A DNA stretch of 64,000 nucleotides from Thermoanaerobaculia bacterium (GTDB lineage Bacteria > Acidobacteriota > Thermoanaerobaculia > Multivoradales > Multivoraceae): assembly GCA_963666565.1 (NCBI GenBank), contig OY762911.1, forward strand, positions 4,608,001 through 4,672,000. The letters are read 5' to 3'. Below, piece after piece: positions 9,172-19,655 of the stretch (position 1 is the stretch's first letter; each line of letters starts with the position of its first letter). The notes below the pieces were generated by a model. It was given only the letters and a program-made list of their open reading frames with translations. It was not told where the DNA came from and did not search any database. Position numbers and translations under genes: made by a program.

Positions 9172-9915
9172 GTGCGACGACTCACCGACTACCGCGTCCT
9201 GACATTCGACTGCTACGGCACCCTGATCGACTGGGAGACCGGCATCTGGGACGCGCTGCGGCCGCTGATCATGCGGAACCGCGACGCCGAGGTCACCCGC
9301 GAGGCCGCGCTGTTCGCGTTCGGGCAGTGCGAGAGCCTTCAGGAGCAGGAGACGCCCGATCTGCTCTACTCCGACCTGCTGGCCCGCGTGCATGGACGCA
9401 TCGCCGACCGCCTGGGCATGCGAACGAAGCCGGAACTCGACGAAGCGTTCGGCGCTTCGGTTCCCGACTGGCCGGCGTTCCCGGACACGGCGGACGCCCT
9501 GCGCGTGCTCAAGCGACACTTCCGGCTCGTCATTCTCTCCAACGTTCACAAGGACGGCATCGCGGGCTCGAACCGCAAGCTCGGTGTCGAGTTCGACGCG
9601 ATCTACACGGCTGAGGACATCGGTTCCTACAAGCCGGCCGACCGGAACTTCGAGTATCTGCTCGATCACCTCCAGTCCGACTTCGGACTCGACCGGTCCG
9701 ACATCCTGCACACGGCGCAGAGCCTCCACCACGACCATGTGCCCGCGAACCGATTCGGGCTCGCGAACGCCTGGATCGACCGCCAACGGCTCTCCGAGGG
9801 CGGAAGCTGGGGCGCTACCGAACGGGTCGAGACGATGCCAACGACCGACTTCGTGTTCTTCTCGATGGGCGAGATGGCAGCGGCCGTGACGGCGTGCGCG
9901 AGCGCCAAGGCGTAG
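9172..9915 (+). CDS. HAD hydrolase (haloacid dehalogenase type II-like)
   Basis: LTFDCYGTLIDWETG, ILSNV, GSYKP, HTAQSLHHDH. Confidence 0.9.
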   Translation: MRRLTDYRVLTFDCYGTLIDWETGIWDALRPLIMRNRDAEVTREAALFAFGQCESLQEQETPDLLYSDLLARVHGRIADRLGMRTKPELDEAFGASVPDWPAFPDTADALRVLKRHFRLVILSNVHKDGIAGSNRKLGVEFDAIYTAEDIGSYKPADRNFEYLLDHLQSDFGLDRSDILHTAQSLHHDHVPANRFGLANAWIDRQRLSEGGSWGATERVETMPTTDFVFFSMGEMAAAVTACASAKA

Positions 9916-9940
9916 CGGGCCGAACCGCGGTCGCCGCTCT

Positions 9941-11527
9941 TCAGCCGTCCTCCTCCACCGTCAACCGGTACTTCGCAGCGGTCAGGTACCTGGCCTCCTG
10001 GCGCAGGTCGGCCCTGGTCAAGGGCGACTTCTCCAGCCAGGCCGCGGGCAGCACGAGCCTCAGATCGCGCCCGTCGACTTCGAGCTTGACCGCCAGTGGT
10101 TCGTCCCGCCGGCTGCGGTGGAGTACCGCCGCGAGCCGCAGCAGGACGGCGCCGCGCCGAGCCGGCCGCCGCCATCCCGAGGGCAGGCGGTCGAAGATCT
10201 GGCGCGGGAACTTGCGGCGGTGGCTGCGCACGAGGGAAGCCAGCAGCAGGTGCTCCTGCAGGGAGAACCCGTGCATCTCCGCGTTCTCGACGATGTAGGC
10301 GCCGTGCTTGTGAAAGCCCGCGTGGTTGATGTCCAGGCCGACTTCGTGCAACTGGGCGGCCCAGGAGAGCATGAGCCACGGGAGTTGTCCCGTGAGATTC
10401 CAGGCTTCAGCGCACTGGTCGAGCAACTGAAGTGCCGTCTCACGCACTCGTTCCGCCTGTTCCGGCTGCACGTGGTAGCGCCGGGCCATCGACTCGACGG
10501 CCGCGTGCCGGGTGTCTTCGTGGTGCAGCCGGCCGAGCAGGTCGTACAGGGCCCCTTCCCGCAGAGCGCCGCCGGCAACCCGCATGCTCTCGATGCCGAG
10601 CGCCTTGAAGACGGCGAGCAGCACGGCGACGCCGCCGGCGAACACCGGCGCCCGGCCCTCGCTCAGGCCCTTGATGCCGCCGCGTACCGTGCTGCCGCGC
10701 TCGATCAGCGCTTCGCGCAGCCTGAGCAGCGCCTCGAGCGTGATGCCCTGCTCGCACCAGCCGGCCGCCTGCACCACTTCGGCGACCGAGCGAACGGTGC
10801 CCGAGGAACCGACCGCCGCGCTCCAGCCGGCGCCGGCGCGAAACCGGCTTTCCACGGGTTCCAGCTCCTGGAGCGCCGCGATCTCGGCCCGCCGCCAGCG
10901 CTTCTCCTTCACGCGGCCGTTGCGGAAGTGGCGCAGGCTGAAGCTGACGCAGCCCATGTACAGGCTCTCCAGGTCGAGCGGCTTCGAGCCTTCGCCGACG
11001 ATCAGTTCCGTCGAGCCGCCGCCGATGTCGACCACGAGGCGCCGCTCGTCGCCGGCAAGGCTCCGCGACACGCCGAGGTAGATCAGCCGCGCCTCCTCCA
11101 GGCCCGACACGATCTCGACCGGGTGGCCCAGCGCGCGCTGCGCCGCCTCCAGCAGATCGCGAGCGTTGCGGGCGCGGCGCAGCGTGTTCGTGCCCACGAC
11201 GCGGACGGTTCCCTGCGGAAACGAGCGGACGCGCTCGCCGAAGCGGCCGAGGCAGTCGAGAGCGCGGGCCGACGCTTCCGGCGTGAGCCGCTTGCGCTCG
11301 TCGAGCCCCGCGGCCAGCCGCACGAACTCCTTGCGCCGGTCGACGAACACGAGCTGCCCGCCCCGCACTTCGGCCACGACCAGGTGAAAGCTGTTGGAGC
11401 CCAGATCGGCGGCGGCGACCACCTCCGGCTCCGCCGGCGGGAGAGCGGGTGATCGCTGCGAGTCGGCCGCGGCGACGACCTCCGGGTCCGGCGGCGGCCG
11501 GCGCTGCGGTTGCGGCGAGTCCTCCAT
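9941..11527 (-). CDS. ppx: Exopolyphosphatase Ppx/GppA
   Basis: DLGSNSFHL, GTNTLR, GLEEARLIY, DIGGGSTE, ALREG and C-terminal LHEVG domain. Confidence 0.93.
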   Translation of the reverse strand: MEDSPQPQRRPPPDPEVVAAADSQRSPALPPAEPEVVAAADLGSNSFHLVVAEVRGGQLVFVDRRKEFVRLAAGLDERKRLTPEASARALDCLGRFGERVRSFPQGTVRVVGTNTLRRARNARDLLEAAQRALGHPVEIVSGLEEARLIYLGVSRSLAGDERRLVVDIGGGSTELIVGEGSKPLDLESLYMGCVSFSLRHFRNGRVKEKRWRRAEIAALQELEPVESRFRAGAGWSAAVGSSGTVRSVAEVVQAAGWCEQGITLEALLRLREALIERGSTVRGGIKGLSEGRAPVFAGGVAVLLAVFKALGIESMRVAGGALREGALYDLLGRLHHEDTRHAAVESMARRYHVQPEQAERVRETALQLLDQCAEAWNLTGQLPWLMLSWAAQLHEVGLDINHAGFHKHGAYIVENAEMHGFSLQEHLLLASLVRSHRRKFPRQIFDRLPSGWRRPARRGAVLLRLAAVLHRSRRDEPLAVKLEVDGRDLRLVLPAAWLEKSPLTRADLRQEARYLTAAKYRLTVEEDG

Positions 11528-11552
11528 CGACGCGCAAGTATGATCGCTCGCC

Positions 11553-12623
11553 ATGCCGGTCGAACTCCGCTCCGACACGATGACCCGGCCGTCCCCGGCC
11601 ATGCGCGAGGCGATGGCCGCGGCCGAGGTCGGCGACGACGTCTTCCACGAGGATCCGACGGTCAACCGCCTCCAGGAGCGGGTCGCCGACATGCTGGGCC
11701 GCGAGGCGGCGCTGTTCGTCCCTTCCGGCACGCAGGGCAACCTGTCGTCCCTGCTCGGGCACGAACTGCCCCGCGGCAGCGAGGTGCTGCTCGAATCGAA
11801 CGCCCACATCATCAACCACGAGAACAACGGGATCACGGGCATCGGCGGACTCCTGCCGCGCGCGGTGACGGCGGAGGCCGACGGCATCCTGGCGCCGGAA
11901 CAGGTCGAGGCGGCCATCCAGCCCGACCACCCGACGCTGGCCCCGACCCGGCTGCTCTGCCTGGAGAACAGTTGCAACCAGGCCGGCGGAACGGTCTACG
12001 AACCCGAGCGCACGCGGGCGCTCTGCGATCTGGCGCACCGCCGCGGCCTGCGCGTCCACCTCGACGGCGCGCGCCTCTTCAACGCCGCCACCGCGCTCGG
12101 CTGCACGCCGGCCGAAGCCGCGGGTCCCGTCGACTCGCTCTCGTTCTGCTTTTCGAAGGGCCTGGGGGCGCCGGCCGGCTCGATCGTCGCCGGCTCGCGC
12201 GACTTCATCCGCAACGTCCGGCGCTACCGCCAGATGTGCGGCGGCCAGATGCGCCAGGTCGGCGTGCTCGCCGCGGCCGCCGAAGTTGCCCTCGACGAAA
12301 GCCCGCCGCTGCTCGCGCAGGACCACCAGAACGCCCGGCTGCTGGCGGACACGCTGAACGACCTGCCAGGCGTCGCGCTGGTCGCCAAGCAGCGGACGAA
12401 CATCCTCATCTTCTCCGTCGAGGGCACGGGCCGCACCGCCGCGGAGTGCGTCGAGGCGTTGCGGCGCGAAGGCGTGCTGTGCCTGGACGTGAGCCCGGTC
12501 CGCATCCGGCTCGTCACCCACCGCGACGTGAGTCCCGAAGAGACGGCGCAGGCAGCCGAGGCGCTCACCCGGGTGTTCGGCGCCCAGGACTTCGCACGAC
12601 GGCAACGGACCGAAGAGCCCTGA
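11553..12623 (+). CDS. ltaE: Low-specificity L-threonine aldolase
   Basis: LRSDT, VGDDV, PSGTQGN, HLDGARLFNA, CFSKGLGAP. Confidence 0.92.
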   Translation: MPVELRSDTMTRPSPAMREAMAAAEVGDDVFHEDPTVNRLQERVADMLGREAALFVPSGTQGNLSSLLGHELPRGSEVLLESNAHIINHENNGITGIGGLLPRAVTAEADGILAPEQVEAAIQPDHPTLAPTRLLCLENSCNQAGGTVYEPERTRALCDLAHRRGLRVHLDGARLFNAATALGCTPAEAAGPVDSLSFCFSKGLGAPAGSIVAGSRDFIRNVRRYRQMCGGQMRQVGVLAAAAEVALDESPPLLAQDHQNARLLADTLNDLPGVALVAKQRTNILIFSVEGTGRTAAECVEALRREGVLCLDVSPVRIRLVTHRDVSPEETAQAAEALTRVFGAQDFARRQRTEEP

Positions 12624-12645
12624 CGGCGGGCGGAGTGCCGGGAAG

Positions 12646-13146
12646 GTGGGAGACGAGGCCAGGGTCCGAGCCACGGACGAGCCGGTCGGCGGCGCCGAAG
12701 AACGCGGACTGGTTCCGGTCCGGCCGTTCGAGGAGCTGCGCGTCGGCGAGACCTTCCCGCTGCCGAGCCGCACGGTGACCGAGGCCCACTTCGCCGCGTT
12801 CCAGGCGATCTCGGGCGACAATCATCCGATCCACTACGACGTGGAGTACTGCCGGTCGCAGGGCCACGACGGGCTGCTCGCCCACGGGCTGCAGGTGCTC
12901 TGCTACACGGCCGCCGGCGCCGGCACGTTCGCCGACGCGGTCGGGCGCGCCATGATCGGCTACCTTGAGCAGTCGTGCCGCTTCCTGAAGCCGGTGTATC
13001 CGGGGGACACGCTGTATCCGACGCTCCGCATCGCGGAACTGAAGCGCCAGCGGACGACCGGCGTGATCGTGCTGGAGAGCGAGATCGACAACCAGCGCGG
13101 CGAACGGGTGCTGGAGGGCCGTCAGAGCTACCTGGTGCGGCTGTAG
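12646..13146 (+). CDS. MaoC-family dehydratase (hot-dog fold)
   Basis: ISGDNHPIHYD, AHG, FLKPVYPGDTL. Confidence 0.85.
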   Translation: MGDEARVRATDEPVGGAEERGLVPVRPFEELRVGETFPLPSRTVTEAHFAAFQAISGDNHPIHYDVEYCRSQGHDGLLAHGLQVLCYTAAGAGTFADAVGRAMIGYLEQSCRFLKPVYPGDTLYPTLRIAELKRQRTTGVIVLESEIDNQRGERVLEGRQSYLVRL

Positions 13147-13180
13147 CGGCGGCAGCGGGTCGGAAGACCCGCGCACCCAG
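13147..13180 (-). repeat. Family A REP-like copy between convergent genes
   Basis: cggcggcagcgggtcggaagacccgcgcacccag is the reverse complement of the consensus. Confidence 0.9.
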
Positions 13181-14038
13181 TCAGCGCAGCGGCTCGAAGT
13201 CGAACACGGGGGACGCGGCGCCAACAAGCGGCACGGCGCGCACGTGGAACACGCGCAGCAGAAGCTCCGGCGTCAGCACGTCGGTCGGCGGCCCTTCGGC
13301 AACCAGGGCGCCCGCGTCGAGCACGGCCACCCGGTCGGCGAAACGCGCGGCGCCGTTCAGGTCGTGCAGAACCAGAACGACCGAGCGCCCCTCGTCGACC
13401 AGCCGGCGCGCGAGGCCCAGAAGGTCGAGGCCGTGGGCGAGATCGAGGTTCGACGTCGGCTCGTCGAGCAGCAGGATCTCCGCCTCGGTGGCGAGGCAGC
13501 GGGCCATCAGCACTCGCTGCAGTTCGCCGCCGGAGAGCGTCGTCACCCGCCGGTCGGCGAGGGAACGGACATCCGAGTCGTCCAGGCAGTGGTCGATCCA
13601 GCCGCGGTCGGCGGAACGAGTGCCGAAGAGCCGGCTTTCGTGGGGGTAGCGGCCCAGCGTCACGAACTCGCGCACCGTGAACTCGAAGGTCGGGCGCACC
13701 GACTGCGGCACGTAGGCGACCTGCCGAGCCGCCTGCCTTCGCGGCATCCTCGCCAGGTCGACGCCGCCGAGCAGCGCTCGCCCTTCGGTGAGCCGCCAGG
13801 CGCCGCTCAAGAGCTTCAGCAACGTCGACTTGCCGGCGCCGTTCGGCCCCACGACCGAGGTCAGCGTGGCGGGCTCGACGACCAGGTCGACGCCCCGCAG
13901 CAGCCAGCGGCCGCTGCGCTCGACGCCGCCGTTCACGAGTTCCAGCCGGGGCGCCTCGCCGGCCCCGGATGCCGGCGGAGACGCCGGCGCACCACGCGGT
14001 CGCCGCGATGCCGGCCCCTCGCCGGCGCGCACGGTCAC
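13181..14038 (-). CDS. Iron-chelate/heme/B12 ABC transporter ATPase
   Basis: GPNGAGKST, LSGGELQR, LLLDEPT, VLHDLN; GTG start overlaps permease stop (GTGA). Confidence 0.9.
   Translation of the reverse strand: MTVRAGEGPASRRPRGAPASPPASGAGEAPRLELVNGGVERSGRWLLRGVDLVVEPATLTSVVGPNGAGKSTLLKLLSGAWRLTEGRALLGGVDLARMPRRQAARQVAYVPQSVRPTFEFTVREFVTLGRYPHESRLFGTRSADRGWIDHCLDDSDVRSLADRRVTTLSGGELQRVLMARCLATEAEILLLDEPTSNLDLAHGLDLLGLARRLVDEGRSVVLVLHDLNGAARFADRVAVLDAGALVAEGPPTDVLTPELLLRVFHVRAVPLVGAASPVFDFEPLR
13966..13993 (-). repeat. Family B REP-like copy inside the ATPase N-terminus
   Basis: Reverse complement reads GGTGC-GCCGGCG-TCTC-CGCCGGC-ATCCG. Confidence 0.6.
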
Positions 14039-15093
14039 CGCGACACCGCCACTTCCTTCTCGTGGCGCACCAGGAGATACAGGAAGAAGGGCGCCCCGAC
14101 GAACGCCGTCACGACCCCCAGGAAGAGCTCCCTCGGCGCCGCCAGCGTGCGCGCAAGCAAGTCGGCGCCGACGACGAACCAGGCGCCGGTCAGGAACGCG
14201 GCCGGCAGCAGCCGGCGGTGGGCGGGGCCCAGGAGGAGGCGCACGAGGTGCGGCACGACGAGCCCCACGAAACCGACCACGCCGCTGACCGCGACCGCGC
14301 TGCCGGTCAGGATCGCCGCGCTCCACAGTACCGCCCGCTTCGCCCGCGCCACGTCGACCCCGAGCGACGCCGCCACCTCTTCGCCTTCCAGCAGCAGGTC
14401 CAGGTCGCGCGCGAACCAGGCCGCCACGAGGCAGCCCGCGACCATCCCCGGCGCCAGCATGCCGACGTGCAGCCACCCCCGGTCCGCGACGCCGCCCATC
14501 ATCCAGAAGGCGATCTGGCGCGCCGCCTCGTACTGTTCCCAGGAGCGGGCGATCAGCCACGAGTTCACCGCCGCCAGCAGCGCGTTGAGCGCGACTCCGG
14601 CGAGCAGCAGCGTGGTCACGGGCGTGTAGCCGTCGCGCGTGGCGATCCGCGTCACGATCAGCAGCGACAGAAGCGCGCCTCCGACCGCGAACAGGGGCGC
14701 GACGAGGGCGAAGGCGCCGGCCAGACCGAACGTCAGCGCGAAGACGGCGCCGACCGCGGCGCCGGTGCTGGTGCCGACGATTCCCGGCGAGGCGAGCGGG
14801 TTGCGAAACAACCCCTGCATCTGCGCGCCCGCGAGCGCCAGGCAGCCGCCGACCATCGCGGCCACGACCACCCGCGGCGCCCGCAGGGACCACACGATCG
14901 TCTCCACCCGCGGGTCGGCGGCGCCGTAATCGCCGGGCAGCAGGCGCGTCGCCAGCACCGCCGCCACGTCGGCCGGTTCGAGCGCGACCGAGCCGCGGTA
15001 CAGGCCCACCGCCGCGAACCCGGCGAGCAGCACGGCCCCGCCGGCCATGTACCACCAGAACCGGACCCGGCGCATCCTCAGAGCGACCTTCAT
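14035..15093 (-). CDS. FecCD/BtuC-family ABC permease
   Basis: LRAPRV, QGLFRNPLASP, GVVGFVGLVVPH, GAPFFLYLL; ATGA overlap with upstream SBP. Confidence 0.92.
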   Translation of the reverse strand: MKVALRMRRVRFWWYMAGGAVLLAGFAAVGLYRGSVALEPADVAAVLATRLLPGDYGAADPRVETIVWSLRAPRVVVAAMVGGCLALAGAQMQGLFRNPLASPGIVGTSTGAAVGAVFALTFGLAGAFALVAPLFAVGGALLSLLIVTRIATRDGYTPVTTLLLAGVALNALLAAVNSWLIARSWEQYEAARQIAFWMMGGVADRGWLHVGMLAPGMVAGCLVAAWFARDLDLLLEGEEVAASLGVDVARAKRAVLWSAAILTGSAVAVSGVVGFVGLVVPHLVRLLLGPAHRRLLPAAFLTGAWFVVGADLLARTLAAPRELFLGVVTAFVGAPFFLYLLVRHEKEVAVSR

Positions 15094-16247
15094 TCCGCGT
15101 CGACCGCGGCCAGGGTCGGACCGCCCGCGGCGTCCATCCGGACCGCTGCGTTCGCCCGGACCGCGGCGTTCATCCGGCCCGCGGCGTCCGTCGGGCCCGC
15201 GGCCTCCATCCTGCCCGCGGCCTCGACGAGAGCGTCCGCCAGCCGCTCGACCAGTCCGGCGACGTGGTGGGAGACGGTGGCCATGTCGCGGCCGTCGAGC
15301 GCGACGACGTTGCCCAGCGCTGCGGCCCGCGTGCCGTCGGGCAGCCCGACCGCCGCGTCGTCCCCCACGTAGGACTCGGTGAAGATCACGTCCGGGTTCC
15401 ACAGGAGCACCTGCTCGGTGCTGATCCGCGGCCAGCCGAGGAGCCCCTGCTCGGCGGCCAGGTTCACCGCCCCGAGGTAGCTGATGGCATCGTCGAAGAG
15501 CGTCCGGCCGCCCAGCGCCACGCCGCCGCTGTAGTGGACGACGCGCAGGCCGGCGACCTTCGCGCCCGCCCGCGCGCGCGCCTCCTCAAGCCGGCCCCGC
15601 AGTTCCGCCGCCAGCCGCTCCGCCTCCGCATCGCGGCCGATGGCGAAGCCGACGACCCGGATGTTGCGCTCGACCGCGGCCAGGCTCTCGTGGTTTCGCA
15701 GGACGACGACCGGCATGCCGGATGCCTCCAACTGCGCCAGCGTCTCCTGGGTGTTGAAGCCCGCCGCGAACACGAGGTCGGGCGCAGCCGCCAGGATCTC
15801 CTCGGTGCTGAAGCCGCCGACGCGCCCCAGCCTCCGCGCGGCGTCCGCGCTGCGGCTGTACTCCGGGTCGGCAGCGAACGGCGACAGCAGCACGATCCGC
15901 TCCGGCTCGGCGATCTCCAGCAGGATCTCGTCGGTCCCCAGGGTGCGCGACACGATGCGCTCGGGCGGCGCCGCGAGCCGAGCCACCCGGCCGCCGCCGC
16001 GCACTTCGCGCCAGGCGCCGGCGCCGCCCGGCTCGACGAGTTCGAGCTCGGCGCCAGCCACGTTCTCCAGGTACTCGGCGTGCCCCGCCTGCAGTCCCGC
16101 GCCGTCGGCGGCATCCGCCGACGCGGCGCCGCCATCCGCAGCGCCGCCGCAGCCGACGACCGCGACCGCCGCGAGAACCGCCGCGGCGATGTCAGGCGCC
16201 ACGCCGAGCGTTGTCCGAGCGCCCATCGTTGCGGTCGGCCAGAGCAT
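15090..16247 (-). CDS. ABC substrate-binding lipoprotein (BtuF/FepB-like)
   Basis: Lipobox-like VAVVGC; [31 protein letters not shown]; start uncertain (16247 or 16226). Confidence 0.85.
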   Translation of the reverse strand: MLWPTATMGARTTLGVAPDIAAAVLAAVAVVGCGGAADGGAASADAADGAGLQAGHAEYLENVAGAELELVEPGGAGAWREVRGGGRVARLAAPPERIVSRTLGTDEILLEIAEPERIVLLSPFAADPEYSRSADAARRLGRVGGFSTEEILAAAPDLVFAAGFNTQETLAQLEASGMPVVVLRNHESLAAVERNIRVVGFAIGRDAEAERLAAELRGRLEEARARAGAKVAGLRVVHYSGGVALGGRTLFDDAISYLGAVNLAAEQGLLGWPRISTEQVLLWNPDVIFTESYVGDDAAVGLPDGTRAAALGNVVALDGRDMATVSHHVAGLVERLADALVEAAGRMEAAGPTDAAGRMNAAVRANAAVRMDAAGGPTLAAVDAE

Positions 16248-16295
16248 CGGATCGAAGCTATACTGCCGCCCCCTCAGGACAAAGGGAGCAACTCG

Positions 16296-16781
16296 ATGAG
16301 CATCAAGACCGGGGAGACGATCCCGGAAGCCAGTTTCAAGCGGATGACTTCGGACGGCATCGTCGACATCTCGACGCGGGAGCTGTTCGAAGGCAAGAAG
16401 GTCGTCCTCTTCGCCGTGCCGGGCGCCCTGACGCCGACGTGTTCCGAGGTCCACATGCCCGGTTTCGTCGAGCATCTGGAGACGATCAAGGCCAGCGACA
16501 TCGACACGGTGGCCTGCCTGGCCGTCAACGACGTCTTCGTCATCAACGAGTGGCGCAAGACGCGGGACATCCCCGACGACATCGTGCTGCTGTCGGACGG
16601 CAACTGCGAGTTCACCGCCAAGGTCGGGCTGGAACTCGACGCCTCCCGCTTCGGCATGGGCACCAGGTCGCGGCGCTACGCGGCGATCGTCGACGACGGC
16701 GTGGTGACCTACCTCGGCGTCGAGCCGGCCGGCGAAGTCGGCGTCAGCGGCGCCGAAGCGGTCCTCGAACAGCTCGGCTGA
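16296..16781 (+). CDS. Peroxiredoxin (Prx5/Redoxin type)
   Basis: [37 protein letters not shown]; GGGAG RBS. Confidence 0.92.
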   Translation: MSIKTGETIPEASFKRMTSDGIVDISTRELFEGKKVVLFAVPGALTPTCSEVHMPGFVEHLETIKASDIDTVACLAVNDVFVINEWRKTRDIPDDIVLLSDGNCEFTAKVGLELDASRFGMGTRSRRYAAIVDDGVVTYLGVEPAGEVGVSGAEAVLEQLG

Positions 16782-16813
16782 TTCGCCCGCCGGTCCACAG
16801 CCTTGGGGGTCTC

Positions 16814-17773
16814 TTGACCAGCCACCGGGTCGACAGCCTCACGGATTCGATCTACGTCCCCTTCGACGAAGAGGCGTGGGGCCGGCTGCGGGCCGAAACG
16901 CCGTTGCCGCTTTCCGAGGAGGAGCTGGAGCGGCTGCGCGGCATCAACGAGCAGGTCTCGCTCGACGAGGTCGCGCAGATCTACCTGCCGATGTCTCGGC
17001 TGCTCAACCTCTACGTGGGCGCCACCCAGGACCTCTACCGGGCCAGCAGCACCTTCCTGGGCGGGCTGACCGCCAAGGTGCCGTACATCATCGGGATCGG
17101 CGGCAGCGTCGCGGTGGGCAAGAGCACGACCGGCCGCATTCTGCGGGAGCTGCTCGCGCGCTGGCCGAACCACCCCCAGGTCGACCTGGTGACGACCGAC
17201 GGCTTCCTCCATTCCAACGCGGTGCTGGAGGAACGCGACCTGATGGAGCGCAAGGGCTTCCCGGAGAGCTTCGACCTGCGGACGCTGGTGAACTTCGTGC
17301 TCCAGGTGAAGTCGGGCGAGAGGAAGGTCGAGCACCCGGTCTACTCGCACCATTCGTACGACATCCTGCCCGGCGTCACCGAGGTCGTCGACCAGCCCGA
17401 CATCGTCATCCTCGAGGGCCTGAACGTGCTCCAGGCGCGCTCTCAGTCACCGTCGCGAAACAGCCGGCTGATGCTCTCCGACCTGTTCGACTTCTCGATC
17501 TACGTGGACGCCGAGACGGAGGTCATCGAGCGCTGGTACGTCGAGCGGTTCCTGACCTTCCGCGACACGGCGTTCCGGGATCCGGACGCCTACTTTCACC
17601 GCTACGCCAGCCTGAGCGAGCAGGACGCGACCGACACCGCCCGCGACATCTGGAAGCGGATCAACGAGCCCAACCTGGTCCAGAACATCCTGCCGACCCG
17701 CGAGCGCGCCGACCTGATCCTGGAAAAGGCGCCCGACCACGCCGTCCGGCGCATCCGCCTGCGCAAGCTGTAG
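16814..17773 (+). CDS. coaA: Type I pantothenate kinase
   Basis: [42 protein letters not shown]; start (TTG) uncertain. Confidence 0.94.
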   Translation: MTSHRVDSLTDSIYVPFDEEAWGRLRAETPLPLSEEELERLRGINEQVSLDEVAQIYLPMSRLLNLYVGATQDLYRASSTFLGGLTAKVPYIIGIGGSVAVGKSTTGRILRELLARWPNHPQVDLVTTDGFLHSNAVLEERDLMERKGFPESFDLRTLVNFVLQVKSGERKVEHPVYSHHSYDILPGVTEVVDQPDIVILEGLNVLQARSQSPSRNSRLMLSDLFDFSIYVDAETEVIERWYVERFLTFRDTAFRDPDAYFHRYASLSEQDATDTARDIWKRINEPNLVQNILPTRERADLILEKAPDHAVRRIRLRKL

Positions 17774-17800
17774 CGGCCGCAAACCTGGGTGCGCCGGCGC

Positions 17801-17922
17801 CCCCGCTGGGTGCGCGAGTCCTCTGACCCGCTGTCGTCCCCGCTGGGTGCGCGGGTCCTCTGACCCGCTGTCGTCCCCGCTGGGTGCGCGGGTCCTCTGA
17901 CCCGCTGCCGGCGTAGCCGGCC
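17801..17922 (+). repeat. Three tandem family A REP-like units (37-bp period)
   Basis: ccccgctgggtgcgc(a/g)gtcctctgacccgctgtcgt-type unit at 17801, 17838, 17875; last unit ends in GCCGGC-GTA-GCCGGC. Confidence 0.9.
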
Positions 17923-18000
17923 AAGGAAGACTCGCCGCGCCGACGCCAAGGCAGCCAGCTCGACGTCATCCGCGCGCTCGAAACTCGCGCACGCGCCCGA

Positions 18001-19575
18001 TCACGGCTGGCGCGGAACGCGCCAGCCGGGCTCCCTCGAAGCCCCCGTCTCGTCCAGGAGTTCGTCGAGCCGCGCCGACAGCCGGTCGAAGAGCGCCTTC
18101 AGCTCCAGCACCTCGCGGGCCCAGTCGTCGCGGGGGTTCCGGGACGCCTCCGCAGCCGCCACTCGCAGCCGCGTCTCGACGTTGCCGGCCCCGTGCCGGG
18201 TGATGAAGCCGCCCAGGAGGTTGCGCCGCTCGTCCGGGTCGTTCCGGACGTCGTAGAGCTCGTAGCGGTCCCACACGCCGTGGAAGCGCATGAACTTGTA
18301 GCGGTCGGTCCGCACGCCCAGCACGGTCGGCGTCTGCGGGAAGGCCCGCTCCCAGAAGTACTCGTAGAGGAAAGCGTCACGCCACGGCGGCGGCTCGGCG
18401 TCGGGGCTGGCCTTCAGCAGGCCGAAGAAGGACCGGCCCTGGACGGTGCCCGGAACGTCCACCCCGGCGGCTTCGAGGAAGGTGGGCGCGAAGTCGAGGT
18501 TGACGATCATCTCGGGACGCCTGAGCCCTCCGAAGCCGCCGTCGAGCCACGGCGCCATCGCCACCAGCGGCACCCGGATCGACGTCTCGTACATCGTCCG
18601 CTTGTCGATCAGGCCGTGCTCGCCGAACTGGAAGCCGTTGTCCGACGTGAACACGAGCAGCGTCTCTTCCAGCAGCCCGCGCTGCTCCAGGGCCTCCACG
18701 ATCCGGCCGACGCTGTCGTCGACGCCGCGCATCGTCTCCGCGTAGTCGACGGCGAACTGCTGAAAGTCGACCGAGTTGTCGTACAGCCCGTCGACGCCAT
18801 GCCAGCTCCGCCGCTGCGCCTCGACCCAGTTCGGCTTGCCCTCGTAGTTCTCGTGCCGGTTCGGCATCGTCGCCGGCGGCGGATAGCGCTGGCCGGCGTA
18901 GCTGCCGAGATGCCGCTCGGCGGGCCGGAACGACGCGTGGACCGCCTTGTGCGAGACGTAAAGCAGGAACGGCGTCTCCTCCCCTTCCGCCTCCCCTTCC
19001 ACGCTATCCAGGAACTCCAGCGCGTAGTCGGTAATCAGGTCCGTCGTGTAGCCCTGCCGCGGCACCCGCTCGCCGTCGACGTTGAACGTCTGGTTGTAGT
19101 AGAGGCCCTGGCCCGGGAACGACACCCAGCGGTCGAAGCCGGGGCGCGGCTCGTCCGACGTGCCGCCCATGTGCCACTTGCCGACGAAGGCCGTCTCGTA
19201 GCCGGCGCGCTGGAGTTCCCGCGGAAACGTCGGCGTCTCCGGGTCCAGCCGAGTGCGGTTGTCGAGCACGCCGTGCCGGTGCGCGTACTGCCCGGTGAGA
19301 ATCGAGGCGCGGCTCGGCGAGCAGAGCGAGGTGGTGACGAACGCGTTCTCGAACAGCACCCCGCGTTCGATCAGCCGGTCGAGGTGGGGCGTTTCGAGGA
19401 ACGGGTGGCCGAGCGCCGACGCCGCGTCGTGGCGCTGATCGTCGATCAGGATGAAGACGATGTTCGGCCGCTCATCGGCCAGCCCCGGCGCGGCCGCGGC
19501 CAGCATCCACGCACAAGCCGCCACGAGCCGCGCCGCGGTCCTTCCGATGCTCCGCCAACCGTTCGCGTTCCTCAT
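18001..19575 (-). CDS. Secreted formylglycine-dependent sulfatase
   Basis: Signal peptide; RPNIVFILIDD, CSPSR (CxPxR), GKWH, TSDNG. Confidence 0.92.
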   Translation of the reverse strand: MRNANGWRSIGRTAARLVAACAWMLAAAAPGLADERPNIVFILIDDQRHDAASALGHPFLETPHLDRLIERGVLFENAFVTTSLCSPSRASILTGQYAHRHGVLDNRTRLDPETPTFPRELQRAGYETAFVGKWHMGGTSDEPRPGFDRWVSFPGQGLYYNQTFNVDGERVPRQGYTTDLITDYALEFLDSVEGEAEGEETPFLLYVSHKAVHASFRPAERHLGSYAGQRYPPPATMPNRHENYEGKPNWVEAQRRSWHGVDGLYDNSVDFQQFAVDYAETMRGVDDSVGRIVEALEQRGLLEETLLVFTSDNGFQFGEHGLIDKRTMYETSIRVPLVAMAPWLDGGFGGLRRPEMIVNLDFAPTFLEAAGVDVPGTVQGRSFFGLLKASPDAEPPPWRDAFLYEYFWERAFPQTPTVLGVRTDRYKFMRFHGVWDRYELYDVRNDPDERRNLLGGFITRHGAGNVETRLRVAAAEASRNPRDDWAREVLELKALFDRLSARLDELLDETGASREPGWRVPRQP

Positions 19576-19655
19576 CGCCGTCTCCGCTCCTCCAGCCTCC
19601 GGCGCCACCGCGCGCGGGCAGGGTCCAGCCAGCCCCCGGACGCCGACGCCGTCGT

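Noticed and set aside
17801-17922. 37-bp periodic palindromic repeats resembling a CRISPR array
   Set aside because: Units are directly adjacent with no unique spacers, match the dispersed REP family, and no cas genes are present
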